NCBI RefSeq assembly: GCF_006345805.1
Contig: NC_043005.1
Coordinates: 20,026,001 to 20,090,000 of the forward strand
From: Octopus sinensis
Lineage: Eukaryota
Direction: 5' to 3'
DNA: 64,000 nucleotides
The notes under the pieces were generated by a model. It did not search any database. It was not told the origin of the DNA and saw only the letters and a list, made by a program, of their open reading frames with translations. The position numbers and the translations under genes were made by a program. Numbering within the stretch: position 1 is the stretch's first letter; every line of letters starts with the position of its first letter. This document shows positions 14,382 to 27,608 of this stretch, piece by piece.

Positions 14382-14582
14382 CATCATCATCATCATCATC
14401 ATCATCTCTTCGTTTAACGTCCGCTTTCCATGCTAGCATGGGTTGGATGGTTCAACTGGGGTCTGGGAAGCCAGGAGGCTGCACCAGGCCCAGTCTGATC
14501 TGGCAGTGTTTCTACAGCTGGATGCCCTTCCTAACACCAACCACTTCATGAGTGTAGTGGGTGCTTTTTACATGCCACGGTA
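14382..14582 (-). mobile_element. RTE-type 3' tail copy
   Basis: Reverse complement of the common tail, (CAT)n at the left end. Confidence 0.85.
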
Positions 14583-14588
14583 CAGGTG

Positions 14589-14673
<85 letters not shown>

Positions 14674-14699
14674 TAGATAGATACATACATACATAAGCA

Positions 14700-14880
14700 T
14701 TCAGTACACTTGTAAAATAGTTAGCATTAGGAAGGGCATCCAACCATAGAAATCATGCCAAAGCTGACACAGGCATGTGACGGCCCAGCTACTCACTGGA
14801 CTCTGTCAAACCATCCAATTCATGCCAGTATGAAAAATATGAATGTTAAATGATAATGATGATGATGATAATGATGATGT
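14700..14880 (+). mobile_element. RTE-type 3' tail variant
   Basis: ttagcattaggaagggcatcc..catgccagtatgaaaaatatgaatgttaaatgataatgatg. Confidence 0.65.
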
Positions 14881-14883
14881 GTG

Positions 14884-14919
<36 letters not shown>

Positions 14920-14944
14920 TGTGTGTGTGTGTGTACATGTATAG

Positions 14945-15115
14945 GCGCAGGAGTGGCTACATGGTAAGTAGCTTGCTTTATCAACCACATTGTTCCAGGT
15001 TCAGTCCCACTGCATGGTACGTTGGGCAAGTGTCTTCTACTCTAGCCTTGGGCCGACCAAAGCCTTGTGAGTAGATTTGGTAGACAGAAACTGAAAGAAA
15101 CCCGTTGTATATATG

Positions 15116-15162
<47 letters not shown>

Positions 15163-15372
15163 TTGTGTGTCTGTGATTGTCCTCCAGCATCGCTTGGCAA
15201 CCGATGCTGGTGTTTACATCCCCATAACTTAGTGGTTCGGCAAAAGAGACTGATAGAATAAGTACTAGGCTTACAAAGAATAAGTCCTGGGGTTGATTTG
15301 CTCAACTAAAGGCAGTGCTCCTGCATGGCCACAGCCAAATGACTGAAACAAGTAAAAGAGTAAAAAGAGAGA
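14945..15372 (+). mobile_element. Full-length tRNA-derived SINE (CORE-like) with internal (TG)n
   Basis: Head gcgcaggagtggctacatggtaag..caggttcagtcccactg; core ttgggcaagtgtctt; tail gactgaaacaagtaaaagagtaaaaagag. Confidence 0.9.
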
Positions 15373-15650
15373 GTATGTGCACATGTGTGTGTAGGGGAAG
15401 AGAGAGAGAGATACATGTGTATATGCATATATCTGTGTATGTGTGTGTGTGTGTGTGTACAAATGCATATACACATACACATAACACATATATATTTGGA
15501 TATACCTGAAGCTGAAGAATTCACGGATGCAGCCTTCTCTATGTGATTGCATTTATCCCTCACACCAACTGGCTGTAAGATACAGGGTTTTAGCACAAAT
15601 AGCCACATGCACAAAAACTCACATATTAAATATATATACGTATATGTTAC

Positions 15651-15690
<40 letters not shown>

Positions 15691-16171
15691 TGTGTGTGTG
15701 TATTTGTGTGTGTGTGTGCGTGTGTGTGTGTGACCGCGTGTGTATCATTGGCGATTTTCTTTCTATGTCTTCCCTTCCTTGGGGTTGATTTTCTCAACTA
15801 AAGGTGGTGCTCCAGCATGGCCATAGTCAAATGACTGAAAGAAATGAAAGAATATATATGTAAATGATGTGTGTAGATAGGGTTATAATCCAAACTATGT
15901 CCGCTTGAAACTTATCTGCTTCTTCCAGCAATCCAAAATTGTATGTAGGTGTTACATTTTTGTGAGGTATGCATTAGAGTTGAATAATTGTGGGAAATAT
16001 TTCTTGCAGAGTAATTACAGATCAAAACAGGAGATTGGAAAAAAATTTGGTATCATTTATTCCCATTAATTAAACTCATGTAATGGTGAATAAATAATAT
16101 AAAAAAATTTTTTCCAATCTCCTGTTTTGATATATATGTGTGTATGGAGGTATATATATCTGTATATGGAG

Positions 16172-16208
<37 letters not shown>

Positions 16209-16210
<2 letters not shown>

Positions 16211-16445
16211 GGAGTAAACACATAAATGTGAAACAAGGTGGAAAAAAGAGTACTCAAATACCAGTGGTAGAGTAATATGCTTTATTTAAAGCAGCAGAAA
16301 ATTCAACAAAACCTGTTACTCTGAGTTTCCCGTTGCCGTTCATCGGACAGTTTTTGCTAGAATTCTAGCAAAAACTGTCCAATGAACGGCAACGGGAAAC
16401 TCAGAGTAACAGGTTTTGTTGAATTTTCTGCTGCTTTAAATAAAG
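16209..16445. repeat. PLE-like terminal sequence forming a 166-bp near-perfect palindrome (16280-16445)
   Basis: 83-bp arms centred on gctagAATTctagc, one mismatch (16344/16381), flanked by TA microsatellites. Confidence 0.9.
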
Positions 16446-16479
<34 letters not shown>

Positions 16480-16502
16480 GTGTGTGTGTGTGTGTGTGTG
16501 TG

Positions 16503-16800
16503 TGGAGGCACATGGCCTAGTAGTTAGAGCAGTGGTCAAGGGATCGCGGGTTCGAATCTCAGACCGGGTGATGTGTGTATTTATGAGCGAAACACCTAAG
16601 CTCCATGCAGCTCTGGCAGAAGGTAATGGCAAATTTCTGCTGACTCTTTCGCCACAACTTTCTCTCACTCTTTCCACCTGCATCTTGCAGCTCACCTGTG
16701 ACAGACCAGCATCCCATACAGGTGGGGAACCTATATGCCAAGGAAAGCAGGAAACCAGCCCTATGAGCTAGGCATGGCTCGAGAAGGAACAAACAACAAC
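16503..16800 (+). mobile_element. tRNA-derived SINE (second family)
   Basis: A-box-like tggcctagtagtt and B-box gggttcgaatctc; related to 17699-17990. Confidence 0.8.
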
Positions 16801-16869
<69 letters not shown>

Positions 16870-16870
<1 letters not shown>

Positions 16871-17090
16871 TACTCTTTTCTACTCTAGGCACAAGACTCG
16901 AAATTTTGGGGGAGGGGCCAGTCAATTAGATCGACACCAGTATGCATCTGGTACTTAATTTCTCGACCCTGAAATGATGAAAGGCAAAGTCAACCTCGGC
17001 GGAATTTGAACTCAGAACATAAAGACAGATGAATACTGCTAAGCATTTCACCTGGTATGCTAACATGTCTACCAGCTCACCACCTTAGAT
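16870..17090 (-). mobile_element. tRNA-derived SINE (family of 26579-26810)
   Basis: Reverse complement contains gagttcaaattccgccgaggttgactttgcctttcatc. Confidence 0.8.
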
Positions 17091-17128
17091 ATAGATATAT
17101 ATAGTCAATGCATTATTTTATATATATG

Positions 17129-17178
<50 letters not shown>

Positions 17179-17698
17179 AAAGAAGAATAAAATAGATTTA
17201 GATTACCTTTTTATTATAACATTTTATGCATATGTGTGTGTGTGATAAGTTGAATGTAGCTCACTATGTTGACGGTCTGAATAGATAAAATGAAAAAATA
17301 AGTGTTTGATGACACAATTAATTTTCTGGTCTGTATTGTGCAATGAAGGTTGGCAAAGGTGATATCTAGCTATAATACTGCAAAAAAAGTCAATATGGCT
17401 AAATAAAATTATGTGAGGTGTGTGTTAGGAGATAATCTGGTATTAGTCTAATTTAAGATGAGCATCATGTTAGAGGGTGTTTAAGCAAGATGCAGTTCCT
17501 GACTCAGGAGCAGGAAGTTTACTTAAAGCTTATATATATAATGTGTGTGTCTGTGTGATTGAAGTCATTGTGTCTATAATCACATGTACACGTCTATATG
17601 CATACACACCACACACACACACACACACACACACGCATATACATACATACACACACACATACATACATAAATACATATATATATGTATGTGTGTGTGT

Positions 17699-17990
17699 GG
17701 AGGCACAATGGCCCAGTGGTTAGGGCAGCGGACTTGCGGTTTCGATTCCCAGACCGGGCGTTATGAGTGTTTATTGAGTGAAAACACCTAAAGCTTCACG
17801 AGGCTCCGGGGGGGGGGGGGGGCGATCCCTGCTGTACTCTTTCGCTGCAACTTTCTCTCAATCTTTCTTCTGTTGGCCTGCTCGCTTAGCCAGCGGGGTG
17901 GCGTTATTTGAAGGCTAAAACAATGCGAAGCGCATTGTGACCAGTGATGTGTAGCAACATCTGATAGCCTGGTCAGTCATGTGATCATGT
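17699..17990 (+). mobile_element. tRNA-derived SINE (second family)
   Basis: ggaggcacaatggcccagtggttagggcagcgg..ggtttcgattccc head (A/B boxes). Confidence 0.8.
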
Positions 17991-17991
17991 G

Positions 17992-18040
<49 letters not shown>

Positions 18041-18043
<3 letters not shown>

Positions 18044-18420
18044 TATATTAAATTAGAGATAAAACCACTATTAGGCAAATCATACAATGAAAAACTTAAG
18101 CCAATACATAAGATTAATTAATTTATATTATTTAAATATATATCAAAAATATTAAAAAAGATAATTAATATAACACTACGATCGTTTCATGGCTAAATCT
18201 CGCCAAGTTAAATATTTAAACCACCTGAAGAATGACTGTAACTCGAAAATTTTAAGAATTGAACAGCCATGAAATGATCGTAGTGTTATATTAATTATCT
18301 TTTTTAATATTTTTGATATATATTTAAATAATATAAATTAATTAATCTTATGTATTGGCTTAAGTTTTTCATTGTATGATTTGCCTAATAGTGGTTTTAT
18401 CTCTAATTTAATATAATATA
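18041..18420. repeat. PLE-type foldback, arms of about 155 bp around a 70-bp spacer
   Basis: 18041-18194 is the reverse complement of about 18265-18418, with very few mismatches. Confidence 0.9.
18219..18287 (+). ncRNA. Type I hammerhead ribozyme motif (near-intact)
   Basis: aaccac-CTGAAGA(18225-31)-atgactg..cagccat-GAAA-t-gatc-GTA(18280-82)-gtgtt. Stem II 6/7 bp; near-palindromic stem III. Confidence 0.65.
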
Positions 18421-18495
18421 ATATTTTACTATAAAATTGGATTCAATCTTAAATCTGATTTTTCCCTGTAAGTTTGGATTTATTCCCTAATATTT

Positions 18496-18531
<36 letters not shown>

Positions 18532-19651
18532 TCATCATCATGAAGATATGATTTGGATGGGCCAAGAGTCTTAATCATTCCTGATTTGGAGATGTTGCCC
18601 TTATAGTTAAGTTAGGGGAATACATCTTGCTTTTATTTTCTATTTCTGGCATGATGTTTATGGTTGGGTGCCCTTTTTAACACCAACCACTGTACAGTGT
18701 GTGCAATGTATTTTATCATGGTACTATCACTTGTAAGGTTGCCTTGGATCCTGCAAAGCAAATGAATCTTCACTGCTCTGCATTACCTCCGTCCTTTCAG
18801 GATAATGTGACCAACAGATTGAATATAAGAAAGAGCAATTGCAGACGATGAAACTAATGTGAGAAAGAGTGAGGTGCAAGAGAGAATTTGTGGGCAAACA
18901 GAGTGAATGCAGTAACAGTATGGAAGAGGATGAAGAAATGGGAAAGAGACAATGCTAGGGGTGGGCGTTAATGGAAGGGTCGGTGTAATGGGAGAGTGAT
19001 ACAATGATGGCAGAGAGTAATGGCAGAGAAATACTAATGACTGTTACATGTTTAAGGACAAAAGAAAAGATGAGTGAGGATAGTCATAGGAATGATCAAT
19101 GGTCATAAAGTGTGATGGGTGTCAACAGCAACTAGCCTGGTGGGTGGAGAGCTTAATCATGGAGATGGGTGATGATAAGAGAGGGATGGATGCAAATAAG
19201 GAGTGACCTGGAGGAGAGGAAGTAATGGCTAACAGTAGAGTAGGGTTAATAAATAAATGTCCATATCTAATGCAATTCCTTATTACTCAGGAATTGTAAT
19301 AAATGGAAGAGAGTAGTAGAGTGTTGTAGATGGTGGTATTTCACTTCCATTGTACTCCCTGATGCGCTGGTCTTCCAATGAAATGAATAATAGCTCATAG
19401 AGAGATAAATTCTTTTAACAGATAGATAGATTAAGTATGTGTATATACCATCGTCATTATCATCGGTTAACATCTGTTTTCCATGCTGGCATGGGTTGGA
19501 CAGTTTGACAGGAGCTGGCCAGCCAGGAAACTGCCCAGACTCCAATTGTCTATTTTGGCATGGTTTCTATGGCTGGATGCCCTTCTTAATGCCAACCACT
19601 TTACAGAATGCACTGGTTGCTTTTCATTTAGCACCAGCATGAGTGCATCTA

Positions 19652-19815
19652 ATGTGGCACCAGTACGAGATCTTTTAACATGGCACTAACATGAGTGCTC
19701 CTGATGTGGCACCAGTACGAGATCTTTTAACATGGCACTAACATGAGTGCTCCTGATGTGGCACTGGAATGAGTGTTCCCAACATGACACTGGCATGAGT
19801 GCTTTTAATGTGGCA
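19652..19815. repeat. Short tandem repeat (52-bp unit twice, 26-bp sub-periodicity) beside an RTE-type tail on the minus strand
   Basis: atgtggcaccagtacgagatcttttaacatggcactaacatgagtgctcctg occurs at 19652 and 19704. Confidence 0.8.
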
Positions 19816-19862
19816 CCGACACATTTTTGATTCAAATCTGGTATATATATTATATATATATA

Positions 19863-21084
19863 CCAGATTTGAATCAAAAGTTTTTTTGTATTTCAATCTT
19901 TGATTAATAGTCCAAACAAATTACATATGAAAAGTATTTATTCATCAAAATATATCCTATTATATTCTATTATCTTTTGTCATCATTATGTCAGAAGCTC
20001 AATTCCATACTTATACCATTTGTCTGGTTTAGAGACAATAAATTCCCTGCGTCTGTTTTCAACCTCATCCACATCATTGAACTTCCAACTGAGCAGGAAA
20101 TGAGCCGTTGCTTGGAAAAGCTGGACTGTAGGTAGAGTGAGGCAGCATTTTCAGCCCCTCAAAGTCCCTCAAGTTTGTTCTTGGTCACTTTGGCAATGTG
20201 AACTGGGGTAGTGTCATGCTATAGGTGTTCAATTGACCAATGCCAGGTAACAGACTTTCAAAACATCACATACTTGTTGCATTTGTTGAACATAAAGATT
20301 AATGTTCACAGCATAACTATCTGTAACAAGCCCAAAGTGCAATACCCTCTCAAAATTCCACCAAACACACAACATGATCTTCTGTTCAAACTGCCCAAGA
20401 TTGACTGTAGATTCTAAAGTATGGCTGGAATAAAGCCACTGATTTCTCATAAAAAGATTGCAAAAATGATCCACTTTTTTTGTCCCCAGTTACAGTTTGA
20501 TGCCAAAATTGAGCATCTAGTGGATTTGTCATAAGTTGTTTGCAAATGTTCACACATCATTGATCCTGCTCGCTGGTCAGTTCATGAGGAATTTCTTAAG
20601 TGTTTGTTCACAAGGTTAAGCTTATGGAGCTATCGACTGACAGTACTTTGTAAACAATCAAGTTCTGCCGACAATGTATGAGCACTTTTGTTTGGCTGTT
20701 GTTCAACCATTTCCAGCAAGTCCTCACCTTCCCCAACAGAGGGTCTCTCTGACCTTGGTTTGTCTTTAAGGTTGGTGTCTGAACCATTCTGAGCCAGTTT
20801 GGTGCCACATGTTCATTGACAATTCCTGGGCCTTCCACATTTCTTTTGCCATTGCCCACACATTCAGTCCTTTTTTTCCACAGGTAGCATGGAAACTTGC
20901 AATGTTTTCACCATCCTTTAAAATAAAGAATGAACAATTAATGTTTATATGTTATATATGAAAATAAAAAAATAAACAATTCAACAATGATTAGACAACA
21001 ACTATCAAATTAATGATTTTACATAGAAATACAAGTGGCCAAAATCATTTCTGAAATTCTGAGAAAACTTTTGACTCAACCTGG
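19863..21084 (-). mobile_element. Decayed near full-length mariner DNA transposon (about 1.22 kb)
   Basis: TIR-like ends ccagatttgaatcaaaag / cttttgactcaacctgg, both flanked by TA. Minus strand has TGD-K-W, IMLCVWWNF, HD(T), and PHSTYSP (YSPDL-like) motifs. Many stops. Confidence 0.85.
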
Positions 21085-21094
21085 TAAGTGTGAG

Positions 21095-21132
<38 letters not shown>

Positions 21133-22291
21133 GGCTAGAATTAAATATCTAAGTATCTTGTACTTAGAACAGCATCTGAGACACAGCTTGCTAAATAACT
21201 AAGGTTAGTTAAGCAGGATAGTATTTAATGAATCTATGTTTCTGTGTGTTTAAATTTAAATTAATCTATGTTTCTGTGTTTAAATTTAAATTTATCACTC
21301 TTTCTACTCAACTAATGAATTGTAAATTATGCAATATTTCCATAGAAGATTATCTAAGATGATCAACAACTATTTCTTTTTAAATTGTTTTCTGGTGTAA
21401 GATAAATAATTTAATAGCCTTTAATTTTTGTTCCATTTGAAGAAATTCAACCAAAAAACTGAAATAGCAGCTTCTGTCTATGAATACTAAGGACTTTATT
21501 GTTGAAAGAAGGAAAGCAAAAAAAAAAAAAAATTAAATTAAATAAATATATTACGATTTCATGTTGCCATACTTAATTTCATTTTACTCACAAGAAAATA
21601 AAATAGATTCCTTATAAAACATTTCTCTTGCAAAGTAAATAAACAACTACTGAAGACTGAGCTGTGAGTGAGTGTGGATGTGGGTGTGCATGGACATGTG
21701 TATATGTTATATGCTTGTGTGTTTACATGAAAAAGAAACAATTTTGCCTAAATAGATTTAAAAAACAAGGTAGTATGATATAAAATACAAATGAATTTGT
21801 ACAGTATGGTTGCCATTTGCACTGCAATTGTATTATATACATTACTTACGTGTAACATTCTACAAGCTGTGACCATAGAAGACTTCTGTGAATACTCAAG
21901 AAGGGCAATTACATACATTGCACTAAACCACCTTGTTTAGTGTAAGCTACGCAGAGAATGGTCATGGTAGTGGTGGTAGAGCTCATGATGGTAGTGGTGG
22001 TGAGACTGGTTTGTGTGAATGGTGGGGGCTATTCTGCATAGGTAAATGTGAGTAGTGAGGGCGTTGTGCAGTTATTTGTGATTGGCTGGTTAAATTTGTG
22101 TAGGTGGACAGGTCAGAGTGTTTGTCGATTATGAGGATGGTCTGTGTGGGTGAGTGCAGCTGGTCAAGGTAATTGGTGAGTGATGGGGAAGATCTGTGTG
22201 TTGGAAGATGAGGTATGTATCTGATTGTGTGTGTGTGTCCATCTGAAAGCATATATATATAAAATGCTTGTGTTGTGTGTATGAAGATATA

Positions 22292-22585
22292 TGAAGGGGT
22301 GCGTAAAAGTAACCAGAAACATTCTCTGTGGGACAACCGTTGTAGTTCTGACTTCAGCTGCTAGAAGCCACTTGATGTGAACCTCAGGCATCAGCCTGCC
22401 AACTGGCATTGTCCATTGAGGGTCATACTTTCACGTGGTGCATATTTGTTTTGTAGTACTTCTCCCCTGTTCATCAATTTTTGCATTGACTGAAATGAAG
22501 GAATAACATGCTTCCATGAAATTCTGTTTTCTGTTGGAGAAAACTACAGCCAAAACAGTTGTCAGGTTTCAAACAGCTTACAAGG
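22292..22585 (+). mobile_element. 5' fragment of a second mariner-like transposon
   Basis: TA then gaaggggtgcgtaaaagtaacc (TIR-like); transposase N-terminus KE*HASMKFCFLLEKTTAKTVVRFQTAYK. Confidence 0.65.
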
Positions 22586-22791
22586 TCGCCTTTAAAAATA
22601 AGTATTGGGGTCAATTCAATTGACTAAAATTCTTCAAGGCAGTGCCCCAGCATGGCCACAGCCTAATGACTGAAATAACTAAAAGCTAGAGGATACTTTT
22701 TCAGTCACATGCTTTTGGCTTTTCTGTCTCCATCTATTATTTATTTGCTTGTCTCCACTTTGCCTCATAATCTTACACTGTATGATTTTTT

Positions 22792-22825
<34 letters not shown>

Positions 22826-23139
22826 TGTGTCTGTGTCTGTGTGTCTGTGTGCTTCCTTGCATTTCTACTCTACAAAAGCCACTTGCTACAAGCAGTGTTG
22901 TTTGTTTTCACTTCTGTCAATGAATTGTCCACTCACTTCAAACCTTCAAAGGCATGTGAAATGAGAGAGCCTTGTTCACAAACAGGTAAAGGTGAGTGAC
23001 AGAAGAACATCCAGCTACAAAACAATGCCTCAATAATAATGTGCAGAATGTGTGTGTTTGTATATGTAAGTTTGAGTGTATTTGTTGTGCTGTATTTGTG
23101 TTCCTGTGTTAGTTTGTGTGTGTGTGAATGTATACATAC

Positions 23140-23179
<40 letters not shown>

Positions 23180-24225
23180 ATATGTATAAATATATATATG
23201 TATATATATATGTGTGTGTGTATGTATGTATATATATATGTGTGTGTGTACATGTATATATATGTGTGTGTATATATATATGCATATATATATATACACT
23301 GTAGAAACATTGCCAGATAAGACTGGAGCCTGGTGCAGTCTTCTGGCTTCCCAGATCCCCGGTCGAACCGTCCAACCCATGCTAGCATGGAGAACGGACG
23401 TTAAACGAGGATGATGATGATGATGATATATATATATGTTTGTATGTATGTATATAAGTGTGTTTATATATATATGGGTGTGTGTGTGTGTGTGTATTCA
23501 TTTATTTATTCGATGTCAAGTTATTCCTTACTAGTATGGATTAGACAAATATACACACATATATGATCATGCACACACACAACACATAGAATGCATGTGT
23601 GCATGTGACATTCCATATAAACTAATCAAAGATTTAGCCATGAGTAAATTTGATAACATTACAGCACTCAAAACTTCAACATCTTACAATTGAGTTATCA
23701 CCTCCTGAGGTGTCACACAACTCATTAAATACACCACAATATTTCTCTTTTATCCTTCTTACTTTCCTTTTCTGTCTTTAAAGACATCTCCATTATCTTA
23801 ATTTTTGAAAGACAATCTCTGCTTCTGTAATTATTTCTTAGCTTATCAACAAAATGAAGCAATTAAGAATGCCAACTTGAACACAAAAACTAAAATCTCC
23901 TATGACCTAAAGCCAACCTACACAGCTTTGGGAAAGTCATTTAGACCATATTGTTTAAGGAGAAAAAAAATATGTCACAATTAAAAAGGTTATGTTAAGG
24001 TCTTCTGAATAATTGATGTTCAATGTTTACTCAGTTAAAATTTTGTTGTTTATGAGAAGCCATCATTAGTTTACAACAGAAACGGGAAAGTAATAAAAGC
24101 TACTTAACAAACAAAGCAGAGTTGGAGAAAATGATGTTTGTGCAATATTTAGTGGCTCATTTAAGGCTTGTTAATGTGAAATACTGAAAAAATTAAATTT
24201 TTCTTCCTTGTTTTATTGTTAACAG

Positions 24226-24256
24226 ACTTCTATTACATGACGTTACTATATTTAAG
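24226..24256 (+). CDS. Candidate internal exon ((D)FYYMTLLYL(R))
   Basis: Strong acceptor ttttcttccttgttttattgttaacag, aag|gtttga donor, phase 1-2. Joins in frame to 28621. Confidence 0.35.
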
Positions 24257-25039
24257 GTTTGAATATTTCCAATTTAAATTCTCAATCATAAATATGAGAG
24301 AGGGTGAGGAGATGAGTTTTGGTTTTGATTTTGAGTTTCAGTATTGTGTACTTAAAGATAAAACAATGTTGCAGGAGAAACTTTCAATTACATTTCTGTT
24401 TGAAATTTGTGATTTATTGAACTGAAATGTTTCTATTGAACAAACAACTTTTGCTTTATATCAGCAATATACTATTTTACTGTTTCTTTCAATTACTTCT
24501 GCAACAAGAAAAATATTCTTGAAGACACCTGCAGTCAAGAATATTACCTTCGTCAAATCATTTCCTAATTCATTTCAATATTTTTCTGTTTCTCTGTGAA
24601 CAATTATTTCTGTGCTGTTTGCTGTGAAGTGTTTTCTTTCTTTGTCATTTTTCCTTAACAATAGTATACAATAGTTTTTTTATCCAGAGATTCATTATTC
24701 TATACAATAATTTTGTAATCTAATATCTTTGGTAATCAAATAAAATATGGCTTTATGTATTTTTTTAGATATTATACAAACACACACTTATGTTGTACAT
24801 ACACATACAAATACATACATATATATTATTTTCCCAATTTATATTCATGTTTGTTATTTTATAATAATCACTGGTATCCTTAAATATTACTATATTTTAT
24901 ATCTTATATGTAAAGCATAATATCTTATATGTATGTATATTACTGTAATTATCAGTTTAGTAAATAAATAAATAAATTAACATAATATAATGTCTAAAAG
25001 TTAATGAACCACCTATTGATTCCCTCCATTTTCTTATTG

Positions 25040-25076
<37 letters not shown>

Positions 25077-25080
25077 TATA

Positions 25081-25820
25081 TCATCATCATCATCATCATA
25101 TTTGAATGTCTGTTTTCCAAACCAATATGAGTTGGACAGCTTGACAGGAACTGGTAAGGTCAGGGGCCACACCAAGTTCCATAGTTTGTTTTTTTTGGGG
25201 GGGGGGGGGGGGCTTGGTTTCTATGATTTGATGCCCTTCCTAATGCCAACCACTCCACAGAGTGTACTGGGTGCATCTCATGTGGAACCAGCAACAGTGC
25301 TTTTTATGTGGTACCAGCAGTCACACCAACACTTTTTATATGGGCCTTGGTTTTAGGATCTCAATTCTGTTGTGGTTGGTGAGTCTTCTGAAGTAAAGCA
25401 ATGCACTCCATATCTCAGTCCTCTATCATCTTCATAAAATACAGCATTTTGAGACCAGCCTTCAAAACATCCACAACTTCCATCCATTTTAAGTGATCAG
25501 CACTTCTTTATGCAACTGTCTTCATCCATCTGAATCACATGACCAAACTAGCATTGTCTCCTCTCTTGCACACTGCATATCATTCTTCTTTTGCCCAACT
25601 TTTTTCTCAATACACTGATGTTCTGTTGCACTTGCACACTTAGATTACACATCCAGCAAAGCATACCAGCTTCATTTCTCTCCAGCCTTCACATGTCTTC
25701 TGCATTCAGAGACCACATCTCACTATGATACAGCATCACAATTCATACACATGCATCATACAATCTTCCCATCACTCACAGAGAGAGACCTTTGGTTACC
25801 AATGAAAGTAAAAGCTCTTT
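25081..25820 (-). mobile_element. 5'-truncated RTE LINE (RT C-terminus + tail)
   Basis: Minus strand LVTKGLSL..GRLYDACV..SEMWSLNAEDM*RLERNEAGML..FGHVIQMDEDSCIKKC. Confidence 0.8.
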
Positions 25821-25881
25821 TTTATTTTAGCATATAAAAACACTTATATCTATCTATATACATGCATGTATGTGTGGCTAC

Positions 25882-25952
<71 letters not shown>

Positions 25953-26578
25953 TGTATGTATGTGTGTATGTATGTACGTATATGTATGTATGTACGTATA
26001 TGTATGTATGTACATATATGTATATGTATGTACGTATATGTATATGTATGTATGTATGTATATGTATATGTATGTATGCATGTACATATATGTGTATATA
26101 TAACATGTACATATATGTGTATATATAATCAACCTTCCCAGTCCATAATGGATGTAAATAGTAATAACTATCATCATCCATAATAATAATAATTGCTTCA
26201 AATTTTGCTTCAAGGCCAGCAATTTTAACAGGAGGTGCTTCATTGATTACATTGATCTTAGTATTTGACTAATACTTTATTTTATCAACCTCAAAAAGAT
26301 GAACAGCAAAACTGACCTCAGCAGAATTTGAACTCAGAATATAAAGAGCCTGAACCAATACTGAAAAGCAGTTTTTCCAATGCACTAACTATTCTGCCAG
26401 TTCGCTGCCTTGATATCAATAATAATAAATGTTCAATGAACTGATGACATAATATCAAATGATATAACATGATATGACATTATATTGCATAGCATAATAT
26501 AAACTGATCACACCATAAAAGCAGATGGATGATCAAACTGTATATATGCTTGCTTGTATGTGATATGAACACATCAAA

Positions 26579-26810
26579 AGGCGGTGAGCTGGCAGAAACG
26601 TTAGCACGCCGGGCGAAATGCTAAGCGGTATTTCGTCTGCCGTTACGTTCTGAGTTCAAATTCTGCCAAGGTCGACTTTGCCTTTCATCCTTTCGGGGTC
26701 GATAAATTAAGTACCAGTTATGCACTGGGGTCGAAATAATCGACTTAATCCGTTTGTCTGTCCTTGTTTGTCCTCTCTGTGTTTAGCCCCTTGTGGGTAG
26801 TAAAGAAATA
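26579..26810 (+). mobile_element. Near-intact tRNA-derived SINE with a Meta-like central domain
   Basis: ggtgagctggcagaaacgttag head, gagttcaaattc B-box, gcctttcatcctttcggggtcgataaattaagtaccag core. Confidence 0.85.
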
Positions 26811-26852
26811 GATATGAACACATCATCATCTTCACACATATGCGTATATATA

Positions 26853-26898
<46 letters not shown>

Positions 26899-27224
26899 AA
26901 TTCAAATAAGGTTTATTAAATACCAGCAAGATTATCCTTGATTTATTGAAATTATCTCTGCTTCCAGAAAAGATAGAATCACTTATTTGGTTATCATTGG
27001 AACCAACACCAAATGAGAAAGAGAGACAATCTTGAGAATCAAGAATTCACCAACATTAACAAGCTGTTAAAGGAAAAAATCAGTTTGATTATCTGGAGAC
27101 AAAAGGACAGCTGTAGATGTGTGTATTTGCCAGCACAGCAGTTGCCCTAATTAATTTCCAGTAGAATGAGATACTTAGACATAAACATAAAGAGAAGAAA
27201 TTACTACTACTACTACTACTACTA

Positions 27225-27262
<38 letters not shown>

Positions 27263-27577
27263 ACATACACATTGTCACTACTAAAACTGTTACAACTATT
27301 ATTATGACCCAGCAAGCCATCAGGAGACCTACAACCAGTACCATTTTAATCTTGTAATGAAAATATGTGAACTTCTAAAACTGATATCATGAAATAGTTA
27401 ATTTATTAATTTCTTTTTCCTTTCTCTTACTGCATGACTAAACTGGCTAAGACAATTGAAGCCAGTTGCATATTTTGATAAAACTGTAAATATTTTATTC
27501 TTTTTATTTATGATAAAATTCTCAAAACATTTTCTTTTTTAATATAAATTTACTTATGTGAAACCTCTTTTACACAC

Positions 27578-27608
<31 letters not shown>

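Noticed and set aside
21960-22250. G/T-rich block as a PLE coding remnant
   Set aside because: No diagnostic motif recoverable in any frame; left unassigned.
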